IMG/VR virus record: IMGVR_UViG_3300018080_000098
Span: 285,794-349,793 of that record
DNA length: 64,000 nt
Reading direction: 5' to 3' (one strand)
Part shown: positions 43,966 to 52,586 of the stretch, piece after piece
Position numbering within the stretch: position 1 is the first letter of the stretch
How the letters are laid out: every line of letters starts with the position of its first letter
Notes under the pieces: model-generated
What the model saw: the letters and a program-made list of their open reading frames with translations, nothing else
Databases searched by the model: none
Told to the model about the DNA's origin: nothing
Made by a program: the position numbers and the translations under genes

Positions 43966-44548
43966 TCACGTTCCTTTCGTTGACTGCGGTTTCCGTCGAC
44001 ACACCAAATATAATAACGCACAGCTGCATCGGCAACCCATTAAATGAAATATTTTTGACACACCACCCCAGGGGACCTTAGACTAGAACTAATGGTTTAA
44101 CCGAATACCCAGGATATAAAAAATCCCCGGGTGGCGAGAGTAGACCACCCGAGGAGAGGTCAACGGGGTGAACTGGGGTCCTTTCTTTTCCTGCGAACCC
44201 GGGCCCACCTGAATCGCAATCCGCGAAGCACCACCAGTCTCCGTTGGCTACCGGTCCGACGCGGTAACCCTGGCAGCGTTTCGCGAGCAACAGAACCAGA
44301 CAGGGAACGCGGCCACCAAAGGCCAATTGATCGTCGTGTTTCCTCTCTGCTCCTGTTCCGTCCGACCACTCAAAGATAAGTCGCCACCCGAAAAACGCAA
44401 GAGGGAAAAATGAGATATTTTTGACGCGCCGAAACGCGCCATTCGATTTAATTGAACGCGCGCCCGCGCACACGCGAGATTAGGAGTATTGGTTAAACCA
44501 ACTAGACAAGGTGACAGCCCAGAGCTCGAGCCCTGGGTGCCCCTTTGT

Positions 44549-44722
44549 CTACTCCTCTTCCAGCTTGACGCAGATGGAGATGAGGGTATCCCGATGGGTC
44601 ACGAGGTACTCGACCCCGTTTCTCTCGGGCAGCGGGATGATCGCGCCGAGCAGGTAATCGTCGCGCTTCTCTTTGAAAAGGGTACGGACGCTTTCGATAA
44701 CGTCCTTCAGTGCTTGGTCCAT
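44549..44722 (-). CDS. 57-aa hypothetical protein (not in ORF track)
   Basis: AAAGGAGG RBS; MDQALKDVIESVRTLFKEKRDDYLLG...KLEEE. Confidence 0.65.
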   Translation of the reverse strand: MDQALKDVIESVRTLFKEKRDDYLLGAIIPLPERNGVEYLVTHRDTLISICVKLEEE

Positions 44723-44736
44723 GGGACCTCCTTTGT

Positions 44737-45132
44737 TTAGCAGTAGACCTGACGCTTCAGGGCGTGCCAGTAGTTACGGTGGGCGTCCGCGGGGCGCTGG
44801 TAGCCCTTGCCGTGGCAACGGAAGCAGATACCACCGGGCCCCTTGGGTTGGCCGTTCTCGACCATGGTGACAAACTGCCCCGTACCCGCGCACCGTTTGC
44901 AGTGCCAGGACACCCGACGCGCGTACTTCACCCAGTCCTGGGGAGTGGGCTCAGTGACCCCGGCCTTTTCCATGAGCTTGCGCACTGCGGCGTCGAATTT
45001 CTCATTGGTGGGGTACTCGGCGGAGCCGGAGTAGGACACCTTGACGGTGTACTTACGCGCGGCGCGGTACGCCTTACGGCAGCCTTCATCCGTGGTGAGA
45101 TCGTATCCCTCGAATTTCGGCATTCTCGACAT
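44737..45132 (-). CDS. DnaJ-type Zn-finger-like protein
   Basis: CKRCAGTG and CFRCHGKG (CxxCxGxG) motifs. Confidence 0.7.
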   Translation of the reverse strand: MSRMPKFEGYDLTTDEGCRKAYRAARKYTVKVSYSGSAEYPTNEKFDAAVRKLMEKAGVTEPTPQDWVKYARRVSWHCKRCAGTGQFVTMVENGQPKGPGGICFRCHGKGYQRPADAHRNYWHALKRQVYC

Positions 45133-45141
45133 GGGGTACTC

Positions 45142-45357
45142 CTACCGGCACAGCCGGTGCGGGTCGTCGTTCGCCCGGCAGTTGATCCAGTTGCGCGGGT
45201 CCTCGGGCCGCGAGCGCACGTTGAGGTCCTCGTCCAGCTGGGGGATCAGGTCGCGCAGGACGTCGTTGGTCCGCTCGCGGTGCCTGAGCCACACCAGGAC
45301 GACCAGCTCCCGCTTGGCCTCACGCTTCTCCTCGTCCGTCATGTTGGGGTAGTGCAT
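45142..45357 (-). CDS. Hypothetical early-cassette protein
   Basis: Start moved to ATG 45357 (GGAG RBS). Confidence 0.65.
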   Translation of the reverse strand: MHYPNMTDEEKREAKRELVVLVWLRHRERTNDVLRDLIPQLDEDLNVRSRPEDPRNWINCRANDDPHRLCR

Positions 45358-45448
45358 GTGTGTTTCTCCGCTGCTAGGTGTTTCCGTCCGACTGCACACA
45401 AGGTAAGCACGCGCATTACATTGTCAAGAAACTTTTTTCAAAAATATT

Positions 45449-45649
45449 TCACGCGCCATGGTTAGCACCCTCCAACCATTCCTCTATTATCAAACGGGAA
45501 TACCATTTTCTTTCCCGGTCTTGTCGGCACTCCCACATAAAAGCGATCTGTTCCTCTATACTCCTACGCTCTAACCAATGAGGGCACACCTCGCAAGCGA
45601 TATGGTTCTCACCTAGGGGAAGGTTGTACGGGCAGGTGTTACAGGTCAT
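45449..45649 (-). CDS. Small Cys-rich protein
   Basis: CNTC...CEVC; ATGA-coupled. Confidence 0.55.
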   Translation of the reverse strand: MTCNTCPYNLPLGENHIACEVCPHWLERRSIEEQIAFMWECRQDRERKWYSRLIIEEWLEGANHGA

Positions 45650-45813
45650 TCGACTTCACCCGTAAGCAGAGCTCTCAGGTCTGCTTGTAGTTCACTAGCT
45701 ATAACTAGGTGTCTCTCGGTGGCCTGGGTATCCCCTTTGATGCACGCTGCTAGCGCGCGGTCTAGCTGAATCCGAACATTATCACTGTACCAGCGAATCA
45801 GATTGTTCCACAT
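45646..45813 (-). CDS. 55-aa hypothetical protein (not in ORF track)
   Basis: AAGGAGG RBS; MWNNLIRWYSDNVRIQ...LLTGEVE. Confidence 0.6.
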   Translation of the reverse strand: MWNNLIRWYSDNVRIQLDRALAACIKGDTQATERHLVIASELQADLRALLTGEVE

Positions 45814-45916
45814 GTTGCGCCTCCTTCATAAGAAGAACGCGCGTATGCGAAAAACCTGACAAGAAAAATGCGTGCCGGGGAGGGCTACTGGTTAAACCGA
45901 ATGGTAAGGGGAAGGG

Positions 45917-46090
45917 CTAGGCTGGGTCCTGCTGGACCTTACCCCGGCAGGCTTTTTTGCGCTGGGCGTTGCGCTTGTTGGGGTGGCGACCCGCGCCACT
46001 GCGCCACGAGGCGATCAGCGCGTAGGGGTTACGCTTAGCCTTCGTGGCCTTGCGCACGCGCCGCTGTTTTTTCTTTCGCCTACGTGCCAT
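45917..46090 (-). CDS. Small very basic protein
   Basis: Start moved to ATG 46090 (MARRRKKK); RNPYA motif. Confidence 0.55.
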   Translation of the reverse strand: MARRRKKKQRRVRKATKAKRNPYALIASWRSGAGRHPNKRNAQRKKACRGKVQQDPA

Positions 46091-46234
46091 GCGTACAATG
46101 TAGCAACGATGCTTTACTGCGTCAAGCGGCAACTAAAATATTTTGCACAGGATGTTAGGTTAAACCAATAAACACAGACAAAGAAAACCCGGAGCCGTGG
46201 CCCCGGGTATTAGGGAGGATAGGTTGCTAGTAGG

Positions 46235-46678
46235 TTACTGCGCCGTCTGGAGCGCCAACGAGGGGTCGATGACGGCGGCGACGACGAGGTATTTCCCTTT
46301 GACGGTCCCGAAGGACAGCAGGCCCAGCTTGGGGCGGTAGCCCAGAATACTGGTCACAGCCTGCATGGCGTGGTCCCCGGCGATTTTGCCGCGCTTTTCC
46401 TGATTGAGTACAACGATGGAGACGGAGGTTGTACTCCGCGACATGCAGCCCCGCGTGACCACGACGTAGGCGTGGCTGGTCTTGGCTTTCCCGAGCACCT
46501 TGCAGCGGGAGCTGAGCTTGCTCGGCTGGGCGGTCTGCGTTTTCTTGGGCTTGTGCGCCGTGGGGTTGTGCGTCTGCGCCGCGCAACCCGTTCCGAAAAG
46601 CAGGGAAACGAGAACGGCGAACAGCGCGCCCGCCGCCATCAGGGAAACCACTTGGCCTGCCTCTTTCAAATTGTCCAT
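46235..46678 (-). CDS. Membrane-anchored/lipoprotein-like early protein
   Basis: GGAGG RBS; hydrophobic helix ending GTGC. Confidence 0.65.
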   Translation of the reverse strand: MDNLKEAGQVVSLMAAGALFAVLVSLLFGTGCAAQTHNPTAHKPKKTQTAQPSKLSSRCKVLGKAKTSHAYVVVTRGCMSRSTTSVSIVVLNQEKRGKIAGDHAMQAVTSILGYRPKLGLLSFGTVKGKYLVVAAVIDPSLALQTAQ

Positions 46679-46836
46679 TGTTGCCTCCGCTCGCTAGTTG
46701 TTTCCGTCCGACTGCGAAAAAGATAATCACGCAACTTGACGCGGTCAAGTGACAAAATGAAATATTTTTTACGTGCATCCCCAGGGGCAGGGCTATCGGT
46801 TTAACCGAGTAGAGTACGGGGGCGCACCCCGTGCAG

Positions 46837-47022
46837 CTAAAGCCTCCTCTCCCAACTCGCATTGGGGGTGAACCAGATGCTTTCGTTGCCGCACGCGTTT
46901 CGGCGTGCCTCGGCTTCCGTCGAATATTCGGCAGCCTGTTGACGGTCGCTTGTGTAGGACCGCTCAGAGCCGGGACGCGCTACGTACTTTCCGTCACTTG
47001 TCCGCTTGATTACGTAGACCAT
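46837..47022 (-). CDS. Hypothetical early-cassette protein
   Basis: Start moved to ATG 47022 (MVYVIKRTSDGKY). Confidence 0.6.
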   Translation of the reverse strand: MVYVIKRTSDGKYVARPGSERSYTSDRQQAAEYSTEAEARRNACGNESIWFTPNASWERRL

Positions 47023-47023
47023 C

Positions 47024-47413
47024 CTAGTAGCACTCCGTCCAGTGCTCACCCGTCTCCTCGCCCCACTGGGAACGGGGCGCCAGAGCCTGCCCGGACATGT
47101 TGTAGTCCGTCTCGCACTCGTAGCAGGTGTTCGTGAACCGGGACAGTTCCACCTCTTCCCCACAGCTACACCGACCCACGCGGGGATGGCGGTAGGTCCA
47201 CTCCCGCTTGATGACCCCGCGGCAAACTACGTCAACCTCGCCGCATAAACACTTGCCAAAATTCTCGCGCGCCGCTGGGTGCATGGCGTCGATGTCCACG
47301 TTCCCGTCTTCGTCACAGTCGAACGTGAAACCCCAACCCCGATGCCCTCGGTAATCGAAGTCCAGCGTGTAGTCCACACCCGTCTCTTCGTAAGACTCCC
47401 TGATGATCTTCAT
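47024..47413 (-). CDS. Hypothetical protein with Cys pairs
   Basis: 129 aa; coupled to neighbours. Confidence 0.7.
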   Translation of the reverse strand: MKIIRESYEETGVDYTLDFDYRGHRGWGFTFDCDEDGNVDIDAMHPAARENFGKCLCGEVDVVCRGVIKREWTYRHPRVGRCSCGEEVELSRFTNTCYECETDYNMSGQALAPRSQWGEETGEHWTECY

Positions 47414-47414
47414 C

Positions 47415-47795
47415 TTAATACCCCATCACGTCGTTGTACCCGTCGCACCCGAAGGCCATCCCCGCCTGCATGGCCATCTCGTTATCCCAATCGGAATAAT
47501 CGACGGGCTGCGGGCTGAAAGATTTGATTCGGATTTCCCGATGCACGTCGGGACCGTCGAGCACCACGTACTCCGTGTCCTTGTTGGAACAGTAACCACC
47601 CTGCACCCGCTTCCCCGACTCGAGCTCCTCGACCACCTCCTTGAGATACGCCTCCGCCTCCTCCCGCGTGGCGAAAGCCGCACCCGCCCAACAGTCGTCA
47701 TCGGTGAAGGGCTCACTGCCCCACAGGTCCACCGTGTAGTCGGTGGGCTGAACGGGCTTGTTGACGGCGTTACGATCTTCGCGATAGGTATTCAT
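47415..47795 (-). CDS. Hypothetical early-cassette protein
   Basis: First gene behind promoter/leader at ~47817. Confidence 0.7.
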   Translation of the reverse strand: MNTYREDRNAVNKPVQPTDYTVDLWGSEPFTDDDCWAGAAFATREEAEAYLKEVVEELESGKRVQGGYCSNKDTEYVVLDGPDVHREIRIKSFSPQPVDYSDWDNEMAMQAGMAFGCDGYNDVMGY

Positions 47796-47922
47796 GTGTG
47801 TGACTCCGTGTGCGTTGTCCGTCCGACAAAAACAAGATAACCATGCAGCTTGACGGCGTCAAGTTTTTCCGCAAAATATTTTTGCGCGCCTGGTAGGGTT
47901 GTCGGTTTAACCAATAGACCAG

Positions 47923-47995
47923 GGTGCATGACGGAACTCGAATCCGCAACCTCCGGGACCACAACCCGGCGCTCTACCGATTGAGCTACATGCAC
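47923..47995 (-). tRNA. trnH: tRNA-His (GTG)
   Basis: Cloverleaf: acceptor GTGCATG/CATGCAC, anticodon arm CCGGG-TTGTGGT-CCCGG, T loop TTCGAGT; discriminator C; CCA and G-1 not encoded. Confidence 0.85.
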
Positions 47996-47996
47996 A

Positions 47997-48084
47997 TGGC
48001 AGGGGTAGGATTCGAACCTACGGTGGTACTCGTGGAGTGACTAGATTTACAGTCTAGCGCCTTCAACCTCTCGGCCACCCTGCC
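47997..48084 (-). tRNA. trnY: tRNA-Tyr (GTA)
   Basis: GGCAGGG acceptor, CTAGA-CTGTAAA-TCTAG anticodon arm, long variable arm, GGTTCGAATCC; CCA not encoded. Confidence 0.9.
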
Positions 48085-48090
48085 GAAAGT

Positions 48091-48170
48091 GCTTCGGGTA
48101 GGACTGAGCCCTTTTGTTGTCCTGTGGGAAGCTATCTCCACAGCCCTGTCAATTCAGAGCTACCCGAAGC
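48091..48170 (-). ncRNA. Structured RNA with 11-bp closing stem and internal hairpins, upstream of the tRNAs
   Basis: GCTTCGGGTAG/CTACCCGAAGC closing stem; internal TGTGG/CCACA and GGAC/GTCC stems. Confidence 0.45.
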
Positions 48171-48335
48171 TGTAGGGTTAAGGGAAGCGCTTCATAGGTT
48201 TCCCTCCACGCGGCCCTCTGAGTGCCCTACGTCACTGCCTCGTTAGGTCGTGGCCACTCCCTGTTTTTTGCTGGGACCATCCAGCTTCTTCGTGGGGTGG
48301 CGTCCCCACTAGCCTGTGGTTAGCAGGCACGTTCG

Positions 48336-48509
48336 TTACATCGGGATGACCAGCACCCCGCGCTTCTCTTCGTCCTGGGGAACGTCCTCGCGCTGCCCTT
48401 CGAGGTACTCCAGATACCTCGGATCGTAGACCTCCACTCGGGGCTGCGGGCGCTCACGTTCCGCGATCTCCTGAACCAGCTTCTCACTACGTCGCCAATC
48501 GATCAACAT
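48336..48509 (-). CDS. 57-aa hypothetical protein (not in ORF track)
   Basis: GGAG RBS behind leader; MLIDWRRSEKLVQEIAE...VIPM. Confidence 0.6.
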   Translation of the reverse strand: MLIDWRRSEKLVQEIAERERPQPRVEVYDPRYLEYLEGQREDVPQDEEKRGVLVIPM

Positions 48510-48596
48510 GATTCATCTCCGTGTGCTGTTTCCGTCCGACGTGAAAAATATAACAACGCGTCTTTACGTTGTCAAGAAACTTTTTCGCGCCCGGCG

Positions 48597-48809
48597 TCAA
48601 TGCACCTCTCGGTGAGGCCTCGACAGATGAGCGATGAGCGTGGCACAGCATAGCATGTTGATATGAACCTCGTCCAGCTGCTTGGCCAGCACCTTACGGG
48701 TAGCATCCGACATAGTCTCGGTCTTCAGCTTAGTGGCCAGATGCTCCACCCAACGGGAAGCCTGCTTCCCTTCCTTCATCAACAGTTCGATTGCTTCTTT
48801 GTGCGACAT
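48597..48809 (-). CDS. Hypothetical early-cassette protein
   Basis: Start moved to ATG 48809 (MSHKEA). Confidence 0.65.
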   Translation of the reverse strand: MSHKEAIELLMKEGKQASRWVEHLATKLKTETMSDATRKVLAKQLDEVHINMLCCATLIAHLSRPHREVH

Positions 48810-48933
48810 GAAATTTCTCCGTTTCCGTCCGACGCACACAAGGTAAGCACGGCACTTTACGCGGTCAAGTATTTTTCTGCAAAATATTTCGCGCGCTATC
48901 CTACGTATCGGTTAAACCGAGTAGCTGAATAGC

Positions 48934-48968
48934 GAAGGGGATCCGTCCACACAAAACGGATCCCCTTC
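48934..48968 (-). terminator. Intrinsic terminator-like hairpin
   Basis: GAAGGGGATCCGT/ACGGATCCCCTTC stem. Confidence 0.65.
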
Positions 48969-49038
48969 TAGTAGTCTTGCCCACGGGAGTTACTTACTCT
49001 CCCTGCCTGATGTGGGCGCGTGTCGGCCAGGCGACGGA
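48969..49038 (-). ncRNA. Pseudoknot RNA candidate, copy 1
   Basis: GCCTG/CAGGC stem; loop GCCCAC pairs with downstream GTGGGC; nested GGGAG/CTCCC hairpin; homologous to 50345-50413. Confidence 0.5.
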
Positions 49039-49046
49039 GTCCTTAG

Positions 49047-49135
49047 TGCCCCATCCCGGATTTGAACCGGGAACCTCTTGGCCCGACTTTTTCACAGGTG
49101 CGGACCTGTTACTTCCTGTCGGAAGGGAACGGGGG
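49047..49135 (-). ncRNA. tRNA-like RNA with canonical T arm but non-canonical D/anticodon region
   Basis: CCCGG-TTCAAAT-CCGGG T arm; CCCCGT/ATGGGG acceptor-like stem; CTTCC/GGAAG and ACAGGT/ACCTGT hairpins; no 7-nt anticodon loop. Confidence 0.55.
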
Positions 49136-49506
49136 TATCGCCCTAGGCAATCTGTACCGCAATAAGATCACTTCATCTTTACAGACCTCCTAGGCGCTAG
49201 CCTTTCCATTCGACGGCTACCTTTCCGTCGTTGGGGCTTACGGGCGTTTCCGCCAGTGGATCTAACATAATCACGTTGCTTGACGGCGTCAAGTGAGAAA
49301 ATCGAACGCGCGTTTTCTTTTAATGAACGCGCGCACGCGCACGCGAGGTATACCATTCGGTTTAACCAGTAGACGTAGGCAAAAAGAAACGGCGTGCTTA
49401 CATCTCACACGCCGCTTCACTCAACCGTATTTAGTTTTTCTCGCTAGTCTGCTGTGTTCGGCCCCGGCCACCCACTGCTGAAGTGCCCTTTCGCAGATGG
49501 CCGGGG

Positions 49507-49707
49507 CTAGAGTAAACGAAGTCTCGGGTCTTTAGGATAGATGAGCTTGACTTTATTCCCAACACTGAAGGGCATCGGTACCACCCACCTGTCCACTGGC
49601 ATACCCCGTTGCTCGGCCGCACGCAGGGTTACCACCAGACTGCGCAGCCGCACACAACGCACCGTTGTCAATGCGACCAGCAGGATATGGAGGATACCGT
49701 TCAGCAT
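49507..49707 (-). CDS. Hypothetical protein
   Basis: 66 aa; followed by 10-bp GC hairpin. Confidence 0.5.
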   Translation of the reverse strand: MLNGILHILLVALTTVRCVRLRSLVVTLRAAEQRGMPVDRWVVPMPFSVGNKVKLIYPKDPRLRLL

Positions 49708-49714
49708 TCTAAAC

Positions 49715-49930
49715 CTAGTGGACCACGTCCCGAGGACGCATCAGGTGCCCCACCAGCAGAGCGCACACCATGACGTTTCGCCCCAGCTCCTCGATCTGAG
49801 CCCGGACCACCGCGGCCCCCGCCGACGACATGGGCTCGTTTTCCAGCACTTCCGCCAGATACTGCGCGTGCCGCAGCGATACCGCACCGTCTTCCCGAAG
49901 GGCCTCGACACTCTCGTAGACCATCGTCAT
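49715..49930 (-). CDS. Hypothetical early-cassette protein
   Basis: AAGG RBS; resembles 48597-48809 at the C-terminus (CALLVGHL vs CATLIAHL). Confidence 0.65.
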   Translation of the reverse strand: MTMVYESVEALREDGAVSLRHAQYLAEVLENEPMSSAGAAVVRAQIEELGRNVMVCALLVGHLMRPRDVVH

Positions 49931-49945
49931 CGCCTTACCCCTTTC

Positions 49946-50146
49946 CTAGCAGACCACCGCCCGCACCAGAGTCGAGTCGCTCCGGTACTCCGCGTACCGA
50001 TTGGTCGAAGCGAACCCCTCCACCGGAGCGTCCGGCATCAGGTATTGACGAATGGCCCAGAACGCCGACTTGGCCCGAAGGACCGTACTGTAGACCTTCG
50101 TCCGCTGCCCGTCCTTCTCCTCGAAATGATTGACCTGGAATCGCAT
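49946..50146 (-). CDS. Hypothetical early-cassette protein
   Basis: Start moved to ATG 50146 (MRFQVNH). Confidence 0.65.
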   Translation of the reverse strand: MRFQVNHFEEKDGQRTKVYSTVLRAKSAFWAIRQYLMPDAPVEGFASTNRYAEYRSDSTLVRAVVC

Positions 50147-50315
50147 TTTTCTCTCCGTGCGTTGTTTCCGTCCGACGAAACAAACATAAATCGCCGCAAG
50201 AAAAACGCAACCGAAAAAACGACACACGCACAAATTTTTTAATGGTCCACAGGAAAGACTCGAGCCCTACCCCTACCCTACACCTAATGGTTTAACCGAG
50301 TACCCCAATAGCGAA

Positions 50316-50341
50316 ACGGAGCCCCCACCCAAGGGCTCCGT
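50316..50341 (-). terminator. Intrinsic terminator-like hairpin
   Basis: ACGGAGCCC/GGGCTCCGT stem followed by TTCGCTATT on the minus strand, as for the hairpin at 48934. Confidence 0.6.
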
Positions 50342-50344
50342 CTC

Positions 50345-50413
50345 TAGTAGTTTCGCCCGCGGGAGTTACCTAGTCTCCCTGGCCAGCTACGGGCTTACTG
50401 GCCTGGCAACGGA
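50345..50413 (-). ncRNA. Pseudoknot RNA candidate, copy 2
   Basis: GGCCAG/CTGGCC stem; loop GCCCG pairs with CGGGC; nested GGGAG/CTCCC hairpin; ends ACTACTA as copy 1. Confidence 0.5.
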
Positions 50414-50452
50414 CATCGCCACCGTTTAGTCTAGTCGATAACAGCTACCGCG

Positions 50453-51016
50453 TCAATCGCTTTCCGCCTCGACCGCCTGGACGAGCGCCAGCATTTCCCG
50501 ACACTCCCCAGCTTTGCTCTCAGCCCACCGCGCCGCACACTCGGCCGACTCCAGACAGGCTTGGAGAATACCCTTGGACCTTGGGTGGCGCTTCCACCCC
50601 GACATCCGAGGCAGCCGACAGAAATGGACCGGGGGCAGGTAACCCAGGGCGACGAAAGCCCCGCAGATCTTCCACGTCAAATCCACCCCGCCACCCGTCA
50701 AGGCAAGCCCCGTTAACCCGTTCGAGAACTCCACGATACACAACGGGAAATCCGCGATTTTCTCCGCCGCACCCTCGCAGTCCTGAATGTCCACGGGATA
50801 CCAGTAGCTCATCATCGGACCCGTGTCGCCCTCGTACTCCGTGCCACACTCGGGGCAACAGGGGAATACCCCTACCCCCACGTACTCGTGACCACACTCG
50901 GGGCACTCCACCGCCTCGTAGACGACGTACCCTTCCAGATCCTCGCCCAGAGCCTTCCCCCAGTCGATGTCCTGGGGTGTGCTGTCCACCGCGTTACAGC
51001 TCAGCTTGTTACGCAT
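50453..51016 (-). CDS. Hypothetical phage protein with double Zn ribbon
   Basis: CPECG x2; GLALTGGGVDLTWKIC. Confidence 0.7.
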   Translation of the reverse strand: MRNKLSCNAVDSTPQDIDWGKALGEDLEGYVVYEAVECPECGHEYVGVGVFPCCPECGTEYEGDTGPMMSYWYPVDIQDCEGAAEKIADFPLCIVEFSNGLTGLALTGGGVDLTWKICGAFVALGYLPPVHFCRLPRMSGWKRHPRSKGILQACLESAECAARWAESKAGECREMLALVQAVEAESD

Positions 51017-51194
51017 GGGCCACCTCCCACCGCTCGAACGCCACCCGCGCCGACTCCTCCGCGTCCTTGTCCTTCGCCGTACCGAAGTCCGAACGAATGG
51101 ACATGAGCTCGTTGAACCCCTGCTCGTCCCCCTCCTCCGCCACCCGTTCCAGGTGACTCCACAGCTTGTCGTACCAGTGTTCTCCGAATTTCAT
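51009..51194 (-). CDS. Hypothetical early-cassette protein
   Basis: Start moved to ATG 51194 (AAGGAG RBS). Confidence 0.6.
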   Translation of the reverse strand: MKFGEHWYDKLWSHLERVAEEGDEQGFNELMSIRSDFGTAKDKDAEESARVAFERWEVAHA

Positions 51195-51385
51195 TTTGCA
51201 CTCCTTCGCAGTTTCCTTCCGACACACACAAGTTAAATCGCCGTGCGAAAAAAGCAACTGAAAAAATGAAATATTTTTGAGCGCCGCGGCGCAAGCTTAC
51301 CCTGGGGAGGCAGGGGCTATTGGTTTAACCGAATATCCTGGGGAGCCTTTCGGCTCGAGTCCCCCTATTCGGTTATGTCACTGGG

Positions 51386-51532
51386 CTAGGCGCCGACGAC
51401 GTCGATGGTCCAGCCCCGGCCGAAGGCCATGCGGTACTCCATGGCGAGGATCTCCGCCTCCTGCTTGGACTCGGCCTCGTCCACGACCTCGCTGTTGCCC
51501 TCGTAGTAACCGATAATCAGATACTTGCGCAT
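51386..51532 (-). CDS. 48-aa hypothetical protein (not in ORF track)
   Basis: AAAGGAG RBS; MRKYLIIGYYEGNSEVVDEAESKQEAE. Confidence 0.6.
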   Translation of the reverse strand: MRKYLIIGYYEGNSEVVDEAESKQEAEILAMEYRMAFGRGWTIDVVGA

Positions 51533-51545
51533 AGGGAATCTCCTT

Positions 51546-51986
51546 TCAACACCAGTAGAAACCGCACCCCTTCTCCTGGCAGTGCTCCACCAGTTCCATC
51601 AGGTCATCCAGACGACGGGTGACGTAATCGTCGTCCCGACCACAGTAGACCACCCGACACTGGCCAGTCCCCGGACCACCCGACTCGTAGGGCTCCGCCG
51701 TGGCGCCCGTGCGCACGCTGGCCACGTTGCGCGCTTTGATGATCGCGCGCCGGGTACGGGGAAGGTCCTCGACCTCGACGTGCCCGGAGTAGTCCAGGGA
51801 GCACCCCAGCAGTTCCATCATGGCGTAGGCATTGGCGTTGGCCATGTTGATCGTGGGGCAGTCGGGATCTTCCCGATAACCCGTGCAGAACGGATCGTCG
51901 TTGGTATCCGCATCACACACCTTGCAATAGGTGCAGGGACGCTTGACCATCTTATACTCGTAATCGGGATAGAAGGTGATCGACAT
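51546..51986 (-). CDS. Hypothetical early-cassette protein
   Basis: Start moved to ATG 51986; INMANANA motif. Confidence 0.7.
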   Translation of the reverse strand: MSITFYPDYEYKMVKRPCTYCKVCDADTNDDPFCTGYREDPDCPTINMANANAYAMMELLGCSLDYSGHVEVEDLPRTRRAIIKARNVASVRTGATAEPYESGGPGTGQCRVVYCGRDDDYVTRRLDDLMELVEHCQEKGCGFYWC

Positions 51987-52169
51987 GTTGTGTGCTCCAC
52001 TGTTTCCGTCCGACCAATCAAATATAAGTCGCCTCAATTTTCGCGCAACCCCACAAAAAATTATTTTTGCACGTCGCCTCCCCTCACCTACCGGTTTAAC
52101 CATTAACCCCAAACAAAGAAACGGGGAGAACCCGTAGGCCCTCCCCGCTCCCCTAACTCGTGTGCTCCC

Positions 52170-52409
52170 CTAGTCCGCGATCTCCTCCAGCGCCAGCAGA
52201 TCCCGAAGCAGCGCCCGCTCCGCCGCGCCGCCGGATCCGAAAGCACAGATCGTCACCCAACCACCCGCACCCTTCCGCAGCCAACACCCGTTCACACTCA
52301 CCGGAACCGAGCCCCCGCAGTGCTTGTCCTGCTCCCGCTCGATCGTCGCCAGCACTTCCCCCTTCACCTGCACCCGCGCCGCCGTGTCACTGATCATCTT
52401 GACTTTCAT
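52170..52409 (-). CDS. Hypothetical early-cassette protein
   Basis: Start moved to ATG 52409 (GAGGAG RBS). Confidence 0.6.
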   Translation of the reverse strand: MKVKMISDTAARVQVKGEVLATIEREQDKHCGGSVPVSVNGCWLRKGAGGWVTICAFGSGGAAERALLRDLLALEEIAD

Positions 52410-52586
52410 TTTTGATCTCCTCGCAAACTGTTTTTCCATCCGACCAATCAAATATAAATCGCCGCACAAAAAACACAAGTGACAAAATGAAATATTTTTG
52501 CGCGCAGTGCCCACGACCAGGACAACTCGGTTTAACCAAATATCGTAGGGAAGGGGGACAGGGCGCACCCTGTCCCGTGGGGTATG

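Noticed and set aside
48969-49038. Theta/HDV-like ribozyme at the 3' end of the tRNA-like element
   Set aside because: The position is suggestive but the P3/L3 catalytic module is not present; kept only as an unclassified pseudoknot.
49047-49135. tmRNA or permuted tmRNA fragment
   Set aside because: The acceptor sequence lacks GGGG/TCCACCA alanine identity and no tag reading frame was found.
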